Assembly: GCA_964019425.1 (NCBI GenBank)
Contig: OZ025780.1
Coordinates: forward strand, 1,302,001-1,366,000
DNA length: 64,000 bases
DNA from: Flectonema sp. DT1601
Taxonomy: Eukaryota
Reading direction: 5' to 3'
Part shown: in pieces, positions 46,219 through 58,200 of the stretch
Position numbering within the stretch: the stretch's first letter is position 1
Layout: the number at the start of each line of letters is the position of its first letter
Made by a program: the position numbers and the translations under genes
The notes under the pieces: generated by a model
Databases searched by the model: none
Seen by the model: only the letters and a program-made list of their open reading frames with translations
What the model was told of the DNA's origin: nothing

Positions 46219-47292
46219 TTAGTAATTTGATCCTTCAGAGACATCTGACGAAGCTCTTTTTGGTGTTTGCGGACTAACTAGATTGTGAAAGAAGAATTCA
46301 TGAGCAACACCATTATCAGTCACTCCTGTGGTTTTGGCTGCAACATGATCGTCTTTCCAAGAGAGGTACCATGCATCACAAACAGGAAAGAATCGCTGAT
46401 GTAGATTAGCAAATCGATCAGTAAATGTAAAGGTTGCTGGAGTGTCAACAGTAGTGCAAGTCCCTATTTCAGATCCTGCATCGTTATTACTCGGAGGTAC
46501 TTTATAAATATGAAGGGTTCCATGTAGTTTTGATGCAACCCTTGCATTGGTTGTTTGACTCTGTTGAACTAATTCATCATGACTACGAAGAGTTGTTGAA
46601 TAAGGAAAACAAACACCACCTTTCTCAATTAGAATCGTATATCCAAGTTTTTCACTCATATACCACGTTATAGCTTCCAAAGGTATATCAGAAAGGTAAC
46701 CAAACAAATCTTCATTATTGTAGTATGGTATCCCTTCGTGAGTTGTGTCTGAAATGCATAAGTTCTCCAGATCAATCGATTCTGAAGTATCAACTTCTGT
46801 GTTTAATATTATACTTGATAACTGATCTCGTAGGGAAGCTGATGATGGTAGGATAGCAAAAACCAACTCCTTACGATCATTTAATAACTCGCTTAGCCTA
46901 TCACTTATTGCAGTTCCCAACTTTGATAAGACATCACGATACTCATAATGGTTTTTAATCTTCTGTTCTTCTCTGATAAATGCTATGGTAAAGTCACATG
47001 GTTTTATCTTAAGACCATAAAAAGAAGCTTCTCGGAGTAGTTGAGAACGACTGTATCCTGTTGGGCATTGCCAACGATCGGTTCTCATATATTGCAAACA
47101 AGTTTCGAATAGAGTAGCATCTCTGTCTATGAATATTAACCCTTCTGAATCATGATCAACGTTACTATCTCCGGCTATGATACCCGTGAAGTACGACCCG
47201 TCTTCACATCCCCATGATAACGTTGTTTTCAATGTATCAAACCTTCGCCCTCCTACATTTAGAGATATAACTGCATTACTCGTATCAGACAT
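46219..47292 (-). CDS. KCTD-type BTB/POZ domain protein
   Basis: ISLNVGGRRFDTLKTTL...SYF...IFIDRDATLF...LQYMR...LLREASFYGL. Confidence 0.9.
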   Translation of the reverse strand: MSDTSNAVISLNVGGRRFDTLKTTLSWGCEDGSYFTGIIAGDSNVDHDSEGLIFIDRDATLFETCLQYMRTDRWQCPTGYSRSQLLREASFYGLKIKPCDFTIAFIREEQKIKNHYEYRDVLSKLGTAISDRLSELLNDRKELVFAILPSSASLRDQLSSIILNTEVDTSESIDLENLCISDTTHEGIPYYNNEDLFGYLSDIPLEAITWYMSEKLGYTILIEKGGVCFPYSTTLRSHDELVQQSQTTNARVASKLHGTLHIYKVPPSNNDAGSEIGTCTTVDTPATFTFTDRFANLHQRFFPVCDAWYLSWKDDHVAAKTTGVTDNGVAHEFFFHNLVSPQTPKRASSDVSEGSNY

Positions 47293-47650
47293 TCAACTTG
47301 CTAGCATTATGTTTATTTATTTAATTTGTAAGGACTGTGAAGATGTGTTGACTAAAATCAATAAAATTAGTTTTTTTTTCTTTGTACTCAATTAAGTACG
47401 AAACGTTGGTATCAAGAGATGACAAAACAGATAAAAAAAACACCCCCCCATCAAACATACGTTTGACAAAAAAAAAAAACCTGAATCATGAAGATAAAAT
47501 AAAATAGTACCGAAACGTATCAATTAAAAAAAGTAGTTTCATCCGACTAATAAAATTGACTAAAAAAAAAAGGTGATTTGTTGGTTAGCATCTGCATTCA
47601 CCAAATAAAACAGATGATCTGATGTAATGATCGATTTAATAAAGATATCT

Positions 47651-48736
47651 CTACAACTCTTCTCTTTCAAAGTTAGGTTCCGATTCTACAACAACGTGTT
47701 CTTCAATATATTTATCACCCGGATGACATGAGTCCTTGCAAGTAAAGACGTATACTACACCAAAGTTTGTGCTTGCCTCGGGACAGTCTGAAGGGAGGAA
47801 TGCTAATGCCGTAGAGAGGATCTGAGTTTCAAACACCCGAGGGGATCCACAATTCTTACAACATGGAGGACTGTAGTCAATAGGGAGTAACGGTCCGATA
47901 GGAAGAAAACTTCCTCCTTGAGAGTAACGAATTACTTGTGATGGACACCTTGCGAGGCGTTTGCTGTACTTTGCGAAAACCTTGTCTCCAGATTTAAGAG
48001 AAGTTTTCTCGTACTCCTCAGGTTGTTGCACATCCATTGACAGACCTGTAGAACCTTTTGTACGGACTTCCTGTTCGTAACTTGCGTACTTTGATCGAAA
48101 TTCTCGAATTTCTGCCTCAGCGGCTCCATCAACATCATCGGGTTCTACGAAGGTATCGATTGGAGTCATTTTAAAGGGTTTTGGTAGAAGATTTCTCTTT
48201 TTTGAAATAGTATCGCCGTCACAAAATGAGTTGAATAAAACATTCTGAACCAACTGAAGTGAGTTGTTGGCTGGCTCACTATTCGAAGTGATAGGAGCAG
48301 GTGGAGGTGTAGCCGGAGGCGTTGTACTACCGAACCCACCCCCTCCAAAACCACCATCTTCATCATTATCATCATCACCCCAGTCATCATCAACAGCAAA
48401 TGAAGTAGTCACAGGTTTTGTTTTTTCGGAATTAGTTTTTGACTGATCGTAATCACGATTATATGATTGACTTCTTATTGCTATTGTTGCTTTACAGTTT
48501 GCTCCACTACACATGAAGACATAAAGAACTCTGTCGAATACCTTCTGTGGTCCATAAACCTGAGCAATTAACCTCATCATACCATCATCACACTTAGTAC
48601 ATTGAATTAAATTACCCTTTACAGGATGTTGATATACTGCTGACCCACCTAACTTATGAAAATAACAGTCTTCTTCACCAGTCTTCACAGTGTACTCTGG
48701 TGTGGCTACACCAAGAAACACTTCGGGTTGTGACAT
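47651..48736 (-). CDS. TSR4: PDCD2-like / Tsr4 ribosomal protein chaperone
   Basis: KLGG...C..C...LIAQVYGP...DRVLYVFMC; KRLARCPSQVIRY; CKNCGSPRVFETQIL; FGVVYVFTCKDSC; ATG at 48736. Confidence 0.85.
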   Translation of the reverse strand: MSQPEVFLGVATPEYTVKTGEEDCYFHKLGGSAVYQHPVKGNLIQCTKCDDGMMRLIAQVYGPQKVFDRVLYVFMCSGANCKATIAIRSQSYNRDYDQSKTNSEKTKPVTTSFAVDDDWGDDDNDEDGGFGGGGFGSTTPPATPPPAPITSNSEPANNSLQLVQNVLFNSFCDGDTISKKRNLLPKPFKMTPIDTFVEPDDVDGAAEAEIREFRSKYASYEQEVRTKGSTGLSMDVQQPEEYEKTSLKSGDKVFAKYSKRLARCPSQVIRYSQGGSFLPIGPLLPIDYSPPCCKNCGSPRVFETQILSTALAFLPSDCPEASTNFGVVYVFTCKDSCHPGDKYIEEHVVVESEPNFEREEL

Positions 48737-49109
48737 ATGAGTGTACTGCTGTTGAAGTTGCTTTGTTTTTTCTTTTAGAAATAAAAAAAAAAAAAGAATG
48801 GTCTCCACCAAGATTGTTACAAAAGGAATGCCTTACTGACAATCACTTGCCACACTCTCTTTACTTATATCAATACCTTATCTTGGGTACCACGTGACAA
48901 TATAGTATACGAAAAAAAAAGGAAACCTGCTTTATGTCGCTCTCAATTACAGAAGACTCTAAAACCGAGTTGTCCCTACAAAAGATAGTTATTCCCAACT
49001 AATTAGGAAGGTTCACACAGAGATATAAAGATTTAACTTAGTGCAAAGCGAATAACAATAAATCAGAATTAGAAACAAAAAAAAAAAAAAAAAAAAAAAA
49101 ACGAATCCA

Positions 49110-50687
49110 TTAAACTAAAGCTGCCAGATGTGCGAACCGACTCATACATTTTGAGTGTTCGTTGTTGCTGCCAAGAGCATCCTTATGAGGTACACTGTGA
49201 GTGACACAAGAAGCGAGATCTGTTGGAGTGTGAAAGGAACTACTATGTATATAAACCATTGATTCAAAGTAATATAACGATGATAAGTTTACAGCCTGAG
49301 ATAACAACAGAGTGTGAACTGGAGCGTCACCCCACCTCTCATAAAAGAATCCACCAGTAGAATCGAGAATATCATACTGCTGTTGATATACAGGACTGCG
49401 AAACCAAGTTAAGGATCCAATTTCAAAATTTGACCAAAAATGACATCCCGTGTACCCTCCAGTAGAGTTCAATAGTAAATCACTCCAATCTGTAGTTTTA
49501 TTTATCTGAGTGGCTACCACATTATAAAGTGTTGGGATTGTTTCCATAAACTCCTCTTGTAGCATTGTGTATCCATATATCTTTCGTTGCTCTTTCATTA
49601 GTACAAACGGATCAAAATAAATATCACACAAGTATGAGACATCATCGTCTAGCCTCCAAAAATAATCATATTGTTTTAAGACTTGTTGATTGAAGAAAGG
49701 ACCGCTGAAGAATCTGCACATCTGTCTGTATGACAATGAATGCATGTGAGGGATATGATTATGTTTTTTTAATGTGACTTGACTGAGGTTAACTGATGAG
49801 GGTATTCTCCAATCTTTTGTTGGAATAATTGTAAAAGTCGCAGGACTTGATATCGATGATTCGATTGTAGAAATATATTCATTCGAAAAACTATCAGAAG
49901 GATCAAAGAACACTACATAAGGATATTCATATCGTTTATTAAAGGCATTTTCAAATCTTCTGAGTGTTCTAACGAATGAATGAATTCTCGTAGGGGTTGT
50001 TAAAGTAGTGATGACCCCCTTTGGTCGTTTTTTAGAATTTCTTGGACGAGGACCAAACCGTTCGAGTAATTCTCTATGTGTTGGATATTGGTAACCAGTT
50101 TTACAAACATCACTACAGCGATTGGTTGTTCTGTATGAACACGCCTTTGACAATATAGTGCCATCAGCACAGATGCAAACACCAGCTGTTTTATCATCAA
50201 TTGTTACTTGGCATTGGGTGATGGCATTCATGTCTGGGAATCCATATGGAGAACAGTGTGATGTCGGTATCCAAGAACATTCTCTCTTGTGATTATCAGC
50301 GTATTTAATAATATCAGAATGAAGTCTTGACTTGTCAGCATTATAAAATGATGATTCTACTTTTGAATAACTCGATGAGTTCAGTTTAATCCACAACACA
50401 TCCAACTCTTGTCGATATCTTTCTGTTTCCATTTGACGAGATTGGAACGCTTCTTCGATTGCTGCAGAATTTCGTATGGGAACCCCTCTATATTGGGAGT
50501 ACTTCGTTGAATTATTCTTTACCAAGGCTTGTCTAAAAACACCAGCAAACAGTAACAGCACAACGTTGACACACAAAAACACCACTCCAGGAACTTTCTT
50601 CACAGCCTTCAAAGCTAACTGGGAGAGTTTCCGACAACCATCAGATGCTTTCATTGTTAGTTGAGATAAAGTCTTTCTCTCTTTCAT
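49110..50687 (-). CDS. GT15 (Kre2/Ktr-like) alpha-1,2-mannosyltransferase with a Cys-rich stem module
   Basis: FNKRYEYPYVVF, SYRQMCRFFSG, YDYFWRLDDDV, CHFWSNFEIG, GGFFYERWGDAPVH. First in-frame ATG is 50687, but the frame is open to about 50790. Confidence 0.9.
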   Translation of the reverse strand: MKERKTLSQLTMKASDGCRKLSQLALKAVKKVPGVVFLCVNVVLLLFAGVFRQALVKNNSTKYSQYRGVPIRNSAAIEEAFQSRQMETERYRQELDVLWIKLNSSSYSKVESSFYNADKSRLHSDIIKYADNHKRECSWIPTSHCSPYGFPDMNAITQCQVTIDDKTAGVCICADGTILSKACSYRTTNRCSDVCKTGYQYPTHRELLERFGPRPRNSKKRPKGVITTLTTPTRIHSFVRTLRRFENAFNKRYEYPYVVFFDPSDSFSNEYISTIESSISSPATFTIIPTKDWRIPSSVNLSQVTLKKHNHIPHMHSLSYRQMCRFFSGPFFNQQVLKQYDYFWRLDDDVSYLCDIYFDPFVLMKEQRKIYGYTMLQEEFMETIPTLYNVVATQINKTTDWSDLLLNSTGGYTGCHFWSNFEIGSLTWFRSPVYQQQYDILDSTGGFFYERWGDAPVHTLLLSQAVNLSSLYYFESMVYIHSSSFHTPTDLASCVTHSVPHKDALGSNNEHSKCMSRFAHLAALV

Positions 50688-51844
50688 GTATATTAGATAT
50701 CCAATAAAGACAAATACTCCTCCGCTACATCCAATTATGATACTGATAAGTGCGGCAGGTAGCCAGCTGTATAAGGAATCCACCTTTAATCATTAACAAC
50801 TACTGAAAGAGAGAGAGAAAGAGAGAATGTTAAGACAAGATAAATCACTCTTTTTATTTTTCGTATTATTTGTTGAGGGAATTGACTTTATAAAGAGAAA
50901 TAATATTTTATTTATTTGTGTCAGAAACTAAAAACACGATCTTGGACTCCTCTTGATAAGTTTCCCCGTTCTCTTTCAGAAGGGCGGATGTAAAGAAAAG
51001 AGGACTACAGGTTCGTATACCTCTCGCAAATGGCATTCACAGAATCATACCGAATAAAATAAAATTAAAGAATAACAACAAGAAAAAGAATTTAAAAAAA
51101 AAAAAAAAAAAGAAGTTTTGATGCTTGTATGAAAACAATAACGGGAACGATAACCTAAAGCAGTGCATCGACTGCCTGACAAGATTATCTCACAAACTAC
51201 GATAAAAAACTACTATAAATCTTAACAAAGACTAACATCAACAAGCGATCAGCCAGCCATGGCACACGAAGCGAGACTAAAGGATCGTCTCTTATGCTAC
51301 TTTGATTGCCTAAATCTTGAAAAATAAAGACCTATGGTCTCAGTTTTTTTATCAGAACATACGCCTTAGCCTATGCAAATGTATAACAAAAAAAAAAAGA
51401 AATCAACACAGATACTGTACTTGGAAATATTATTACGCGGAAAAAAAAATCTGTGCTGAATTTCCAAAATCCAGAAATTCCGAGCTAATATTTTCCCTCG
51501 CTAATTATTTCCAGTACAGAGGATGAGTGCGGATGCTTTTTTTTTCCTTTTTTTTTTTTTTCCCCTCACGCACAAAGATTGAGTCTAAGTGTAAATTCTC
51601 TCACAGATATGTTCTCATAATTCGTTGAATGATTTATGAAGTTCATACAAACGTTAAAAAGAACAAATTTCTGACTAAGAGCTACAAAAAAAAACAAAAA
51701 TCAAAAAATGTCTACACGCACGCAGTCAAGATATATTCATTTCAAGATCGATTCTTGTTGTGGTGTTCTCAGTGAAAATTAGGATTGCCTCAATAATTTT
51801 GCAAAATGAGACTTTAATCCCACATTTATAAATTAAAAAAAAGG

Positions 51845-51876
<32 letters not shown>

Positions 51877-52442
51877 CAGCAACACGCACTCGTATCCGTG
51901 GAGTGTTTAGCTTGCTTGGTAGATCGGTTTTTTTTTTTTTTTTTTTTTTTTTTTTCTTTCTGTTCGGGAACGATGAACGCTTAAATACAACAAAAAAAAA
52001 AAAAAAAAAAAAAAAATCAAGATTAATAAACATAACATCAAATACAGAAGGTCGGATTGAGTCATAGAAAACATCGCATCGAAAAGTAAATGGGAAAGAT
52101 AGTAATCCTCCACTGAGATAGATTATCCCCATTGACAGTATAATGAGGAAAAAAACGTAAACTGAGATTCAAAAAAAGAGCAGTGAATCAAAAAAATAAA
52201 CTGTATGATAAAAAAAAGGGAAAAGGTGCAATACCCAATTGTCTTTTTTTTTTTTTCCGTTAAAAAAATATTACAACTACGGCATGTAGCTGCATGTTGA
52301 AACAGAAAAGGGAAAAAAAAAAAAAAAAAAACAAGAGAGGACAAACCAACATCTCCAAAATAATAAATTATTTTTTTTTATATATAAAAGCATCAACAAT
52401 CCAACAAATTAAAAAAAGCACTCACTCAATTGTGTCATCATC

Positions 52443-53918
52443 TTAAGGTGCCCACAAATTACTTCGAGGAATTATTCTCCGACTGCGAGATGGCTTATCA
52501 GTTTGCTGAGAACTGCTGGACGGTGTACCTTCTCTCTCAGCGAGACTACTTGAAAGCCATTTTTGCATCTGCCGAGAAAATTGCGAAGATGGCACCTTAT
52601 CAGGGGGTGAACTAGGAGGAGTAATACTCAGCGGAACCGATGTCGGCATGCTCGACGCAGTCGTTGGCGGCGTTGGCTCTGCTTTTGCCCGTCGACGGCG
52701 TTTTTTCTTTCCTTCCATTAAAGAATTCATCGATTTTCTAACTTTCTTTTCTTCTGAAGGCTTCTTAGGTTCCAAATATGATTTATTAGGAGGCCACACT
52801 AAAGGAACCTTACGTCCCAGTGTTCTACTAATATGCGCATTTTTTAAGTGCCGAGCTAGAATAGTAGCGTCATTCATGTCAATGGAATACGACATATCGG
52901 CAAGCTTGGTTGAAGTATCAGCATTTCTGCCCTGTACATAATTATTACAAAGTGCGTACGGATTAGATACGTTTAACTCTCTTCGAACGACAGTCAACGG
53001 GGATCCTCTGGTTGGTATGTCTGGTTTTCTCTTTTTTCTTTGTACTTTGGTATCTTTTCTAGGAGATCCCCAGACACATGATTTTGTCGGTTTCTTAATT
53101 AGCGTATTGTACTGTCTCTTGTGAAACATTTTTTTGATAGCGATCTTGTCGAGTGCACTTGTGAGTTTTTCATTTGGTGTAGTTGCCATGTTAACATCAG
53201 ACTTAACAAGAATAGATGCAGCTCTTACAGCAGTTATAAATTCAGATCTCTTGCTGTGAGTTGATTGTCCCAACCAGGTAGCTTCTGGAGTAGCTGCAGA
53301 GCATTCCGAAGACCCAACAGAGTCTTCCTCACTACATGTAAATTCTACCAGGTCATCTATAACAGGAACAGCTGGGTTTGATGAGTACTTCGGACTTCCA
53401 CAGGACACTAACGACGTATCATTGGCATCCAGTGGTGTTAACCTCCCGCTGATAAAGTGCGAAGGTGTTCGACTTATTGCCCTCTGAAATCTACCACTTG
53501 GTATCGGTGAAGTAAAAGAACCTAAATAATGTTTACTCTTAGAAGGATTTAATAGTCCAAATGAAGCACATATAGATGATATATCTTCAGAGGTGTGTAT
53601 ATTTGCAATTATTTCGTCTTCAGTAAGGTCATTGCATTGTCCAGTAGACCTCTTAAGTATTCCCTTTACAGAGCGAGCGACTTCAATAAATGCTGTTAAG
53701 TTCAATTCCCCTCCAGTGTATCCAACGTTCTCAAAAACTTCCCTAACTTCATCAGAGTTCATGTCAGTGAACGTGCAGCTGAATTTTGATAGGGCGTCTT
53801 GTACTTCCCAAATATTTTTTATACCTCCCAATTCCTCGTATATCTCTGCGCATCGAAGGACATCGTACTCATCAGTAGAAAAGGTCTGAGTAGATGGTTT
53901 TTCAACTGGTGATTCCAT
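52443..53918 (-). CDS. Uncharacterised protein with a degenerate EF-hand-like N-terminus and a basic, disordered C-terminus
   Basis: 491-aa ORF on the gene-bearing strand; EVREVFENVGYTGGELNLTAFIEV resembles an EF-hand; S/P/K-rich tail. Confidence 0.65.
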   Translation of the reverse strand: MESPVEKPSTQTFSTDEYDVLRCAEIYEELGGIKNIWEVQDALSKFSCTFTDMNSDEVREVFENVGYTGGELNLTAFIEVARSVKGILKRSTGQCNDLTEDEIIANIHTSEDISSICASFGLLNPSKSKHYLGSFTSPIPSGRFQRAISRTPSHFISGRLTPLDANDTSLVSCGSPKYSSNPAVPVIDDLVEFTCSEEDSVGSSECSAATPEATWLGQSTHSKRSEFITAVRAASILVKSDVNMATTPNEKLTSALDKIAIKKMFHKRQYNTLIKKPTKSCVWGSPRKDTKVQRKKRKPDIPTRGSPLTVVRRELNVSNPYALCNNYVQGRNADTSTKLADMSYSIDMNDATILARHLKNAHISRTLGRKVPLVWPPNKSYLEPKKPSEEKKVRKSMNSLMEGKKKRRRRAKAEPTPPTTASSMPTSVPLSITPPSSPPDKVPSSQFSRQMQKWLSSSLAEREGTPSSSSQQTDKPSRSRRIIPRSNLWAP

Positions 53919-55222
53919 TCAATTACCTGTTGCAATAAATATAGATTAAATACATAATCACAGCAAACAAGACTTTCCCGAATAATTCTTTCGGATAAAA
54001 TAGTGTAAATATCATTGAGATGCGTGTTTGAGAGGTGCTTTTTTTTGTTTTTTTTTTTGTTTTTTCCCGTTCTTTATATAATACGTATGTTGGATGTGTT
54101 TCCATCATTTTTTTTTTTTTTTTTTCCCCGCTTCAATACAAATCACATTACACTGTACAACATAAAGCAGGAGGGCAATAAGATTTCCGCTGTCAGCCTG
54201 AAAAGACAAAAGCAGAAAATACTCAAATAGTAGTGCAACATGCGCCATTCTTCAGAGAACAAGGAGAAAGAGAACTTCCAAAAAAGCACCTTTCTTTGCA
54301 CAACCGTAAATAGACTAAAATTAAAATCGATTGAGGAACGTTTAAAAAAAAAAAAAAAAAAAAAAAAGTAAATCTTACAATGTAGCATCTACTTGCTAAG
54401 AAGAGATGTTTGACTATATTTATGAAGAAATAAATATCTGTAATGTACCACAGTTAACTAAAATAAAACGTTATCGATAATAAAGTGACTACATGTTGGG
54501 TGTAAGAAAGTGTAAGTGGTACATAATTTACGAGGCAGTATCAAGGTTTTGTCACGATGCAGTCTTTACCAACGTCAGCTGCACATCGACAATGAGAACG
54601 ATGATGGTCTTTTCCTTAATCTGTCATATTATCTTTACTTGTGTGTGAAAGAAACTTTGTGATTAAGTAATCGAAAAAAGAAGAGAAAGAAAGAAGAAAA
54701 AAAAGACGAATCCTGTTCACAAACACAATGATAAATACAGATGTTTGTTTTTTTTTTCCTTCCGCAGAGACGACACAACAAACAAGACAATGATGAGTAT
54801 GCAACTTGATAAAGAGCACAGCTTCCTTTTTGTCTAGGGAGAGGCAAATAGTTTTTTTTTTTTTTCTTTATTCCCAACATTCTTCAGATAAGCAAAAAAA
54901 AAAAAAAAAAAAGAACAAATACGGGGATACAATAGGGAGACGATGGTGGGCTTCAATTTCCCACAAACGAAGCTTGATATGTAGTAAATCAAGCACAAAA
55001 AAAAAAAGAAAAAGACGCAACTGTCGACTACATGTCGTGATTTTGAGTGCCACAATTCAAATACTCAAAGGAGAATGGAATGGTAAAAATCCAAACGAGA
55101 ACCGTCACCGCAACGAAGAGTGAAATGGTTTTTTTTTTTTTTTTGTAAAGAAATAGTCATCATGACGAAATCCTCCTGATTAATGTTATGAAATCAGATT
55201 AAAGAAAATGAGGAGAGAAAAC

Positions 55223-58200
55223 TCATTTGAGTGGAGGGGAAGATGTACCATACTGAGAATATGGATATGGATTTTGTGACGTCGATGGAAAGAAGTTACT
55301 TGAAACTGGTACTCCCTGACCTCGCATACCCCACATTGCATCACGTGTTGGATCATCTTCAGTCCCAGCGAAAGAAGCTTCATTAACTGATGAAGCGTAA
55401 TCATGTTCAACTTCATCAACAGAGTTATTACCTGGCTGATATGTATGAACATGTCTCTGTTGAACTCCTGACTGTAAAGGTACCCCTGCTGGTACACTAC
55501 CACTAATTGATCTCGGTATAGAACCTGGATATTGACCAGGAATAACAACTTGCTGTTGGTAATGAACAGGCTGTTGATATTGCTGCTGACCAGCAGCTAT
55601 ATTATTCCGTGAGACTCCAACATCCGTATACTCTCTGTTATTACGTGAAGGAGGGATGTCTGCTACTGTTGACGACTCGTTATCTGTAACAAACTCACCT
55701 GACGATATAGACTCGAGGTCTATAGCTCCAGTAGAGTCCTCGTTGTATGTGATTTCTTCTAACTTCATATTCATATCTGAAACAATGTATCCCAGCACGT
55801 CAGATAATTTATTATAACATGATGTACTCTTAACTCCATTTCCAAGAACCAGATCACTCCCAACAGGAAGTAGAATGTGGTCTGACATACTCCAAAGTTC
55901 ATCACCGACTACTACGTCGATGGCTGATGGTTCACTTGCTGATAGCTGTCGTTGATATGATGGTTGTTATTAGTTACTTCTCATAATCTGGTCTTTAAGA
56001 GAAAAGAAATAACATACATTATGCATAACAGCTGTCCCCTGCGACAACGACACAAACTGCAAAGAAAATGCCGACAAAGCTCCCACAGACGGAAGAATAA
56101 AACGAATGTCACCTCCAGTCGTAGTAATTTTTAAACCAGCCATGGAATCTTTGCATTTTTGCCTAACAGTTGTCACCTTATTCTGAGGAATAGCAGTGTT
56201 TAAGTACACATAATCAGCGTCTAGAATAAGACGATACCTCCCTCCCTTATTATCCTGAACGAGTACATCATCACTGTGATTGTATTTGTTATTATTTTGT
56301 ACCAAAATGGGTTATTGTTGTGATGAAATTTACATACCATCTACGACATGCATATTGAGCTACTGGGATTCTATCGGTGCCTGGACTGCTGTATACATAA
56401 CCAAGAGTACGAAGGGTAGTGTAACCACGATGCTGAGCATCTATCTGTCTATTTTGACCGACCACTAACATATGATCAGATAAAGAAGAACTATACATTG
56501 AGAATACAGGAAGGGTTCCATGAACTGGTTTCTTCATAAGCATTCCAATGTGAAGATCCTTTAGAAGAGAGTAACCACATTTAACGGCATCGTATTCCTC
56601 TGGTGACTTTGAAACTACAATAAAATGATCTCTTGGAGTGCATTTAAAATAAACTTTTAATTGCAGCTGTTCGATAGCTGTGACGGATGCTTCTGTTACT
56701 TTCAAACGCTGAAGGAACTTATTACTGACGGCGTTAGCAGCGAATTGCTTTGCGATGAAGTCGGTGTCGGGACCGAGATTGACGAATCTCATATTTATAA
56801 TAACAGAACCTTCTGTTACTGAATCAATGACGATATTGTTTTCATTACAACCAGCAGCTTCAGCGATGATTGCTCTGATGTTGTTTGAGTAGGTTGATTC
56901 GTATTCTGACATCTTCATATCAAACCTGAGAACTATTGGATCAGATTTAGCGATTACAGCTACCTCACCAACTTCATCAGCAAGACTACCTTCTGAATAG
57001 GCAGTGTCTCGTTCCATTTCTTGGTTTTGTTGTTGTTCATGTTCCTCGTCAATTGAATGCCCTTCTTCCATATTGTCGTCAACTGATCCGTTCTTACGTT
57101 CACTCGCATGCATTGGAATCACAACATCAAACATTCCTCTTGTAATCCACGACTCTAGTGGACCTCTGAATTTAGCTTCGTTTGCGATGCTCCATTTCTT
57201 TTGCATGGCTGTTAGCTTCTTTTCATCGTATTTTGATGTGCAATAAGTATTGAAGGTTGGATACCTTTCCAACAAGAACACAAATTGCTGTGACAATAAG
57301 TAGTCAGGTGTCGGTCTCTCATTCGTGATGTGTGAGTCCATATTGTCTGGATCGAGTGGTTTTTGTTTAGAATACTTGTCTTGAAGATCTCCTCTATCAA
57401 TCGATTCACCATCGTCTGGGAAATATTGTTTTCGTGGTGAGATATCTTCGTGGTCGGGTTCACGTGTTTTTTTATCACCTTCTTCATCTTCTTCTTCTTC
57501 GTCTACATCTCTCTTTTTCCATAATATAAAGTACCACAGAATAGCACCACATGTTAATCCTCCGACAACTCCAAGTACAATTCCAACAATTACTCCCGTT
57601 GACATCCCTGAACTGGATTCAGAAGTTGTTGTTGGTGATTGAGTCGGAGTTACGGTTTGCTGAATGAAGATTTCAACCTGAATAATACCCCACTTCGATA
57701 TAAAAGCATCATCTTGTTTTATAACATCAGTTACAAACAGTACAAGACTATTAATATCGATTGTTGTTTCTTTTGAAAGAGGAACCAAAATAGCAACCGT
57801 TGCGACAACTGATCCAGCTACGAGTTGTGAAATAATCAACTGATCCCTAGTAAGAGTTAAGTTATTATTTTTAACTGAAGTTGTCTTTGAAAAGATTTCA
57901 TCAAGTAACGCTATTTGACGACTTTGGTCCCAAGAATCAACCGATCCGTTCATGTACAACTTAAATAGTCCTTGAGTTGCTGATGCACATTCACCTTGAA
58001 CATAATTATCACACTTTATAGTCTCACATACAGAACAAGATCCGTCTACTGATGTTGTTGTTGAACAATAAGCACATGGTTGACACCATTCCTTCAACTG
58101 AGAATCACAAGAACTAGTATTGCATACGTTGCTACAAAAGCTTTCAAGTGTGCAATCAGAATGACCTTTACTACATTGAGAACCGAGTGGTACTTCAGAT

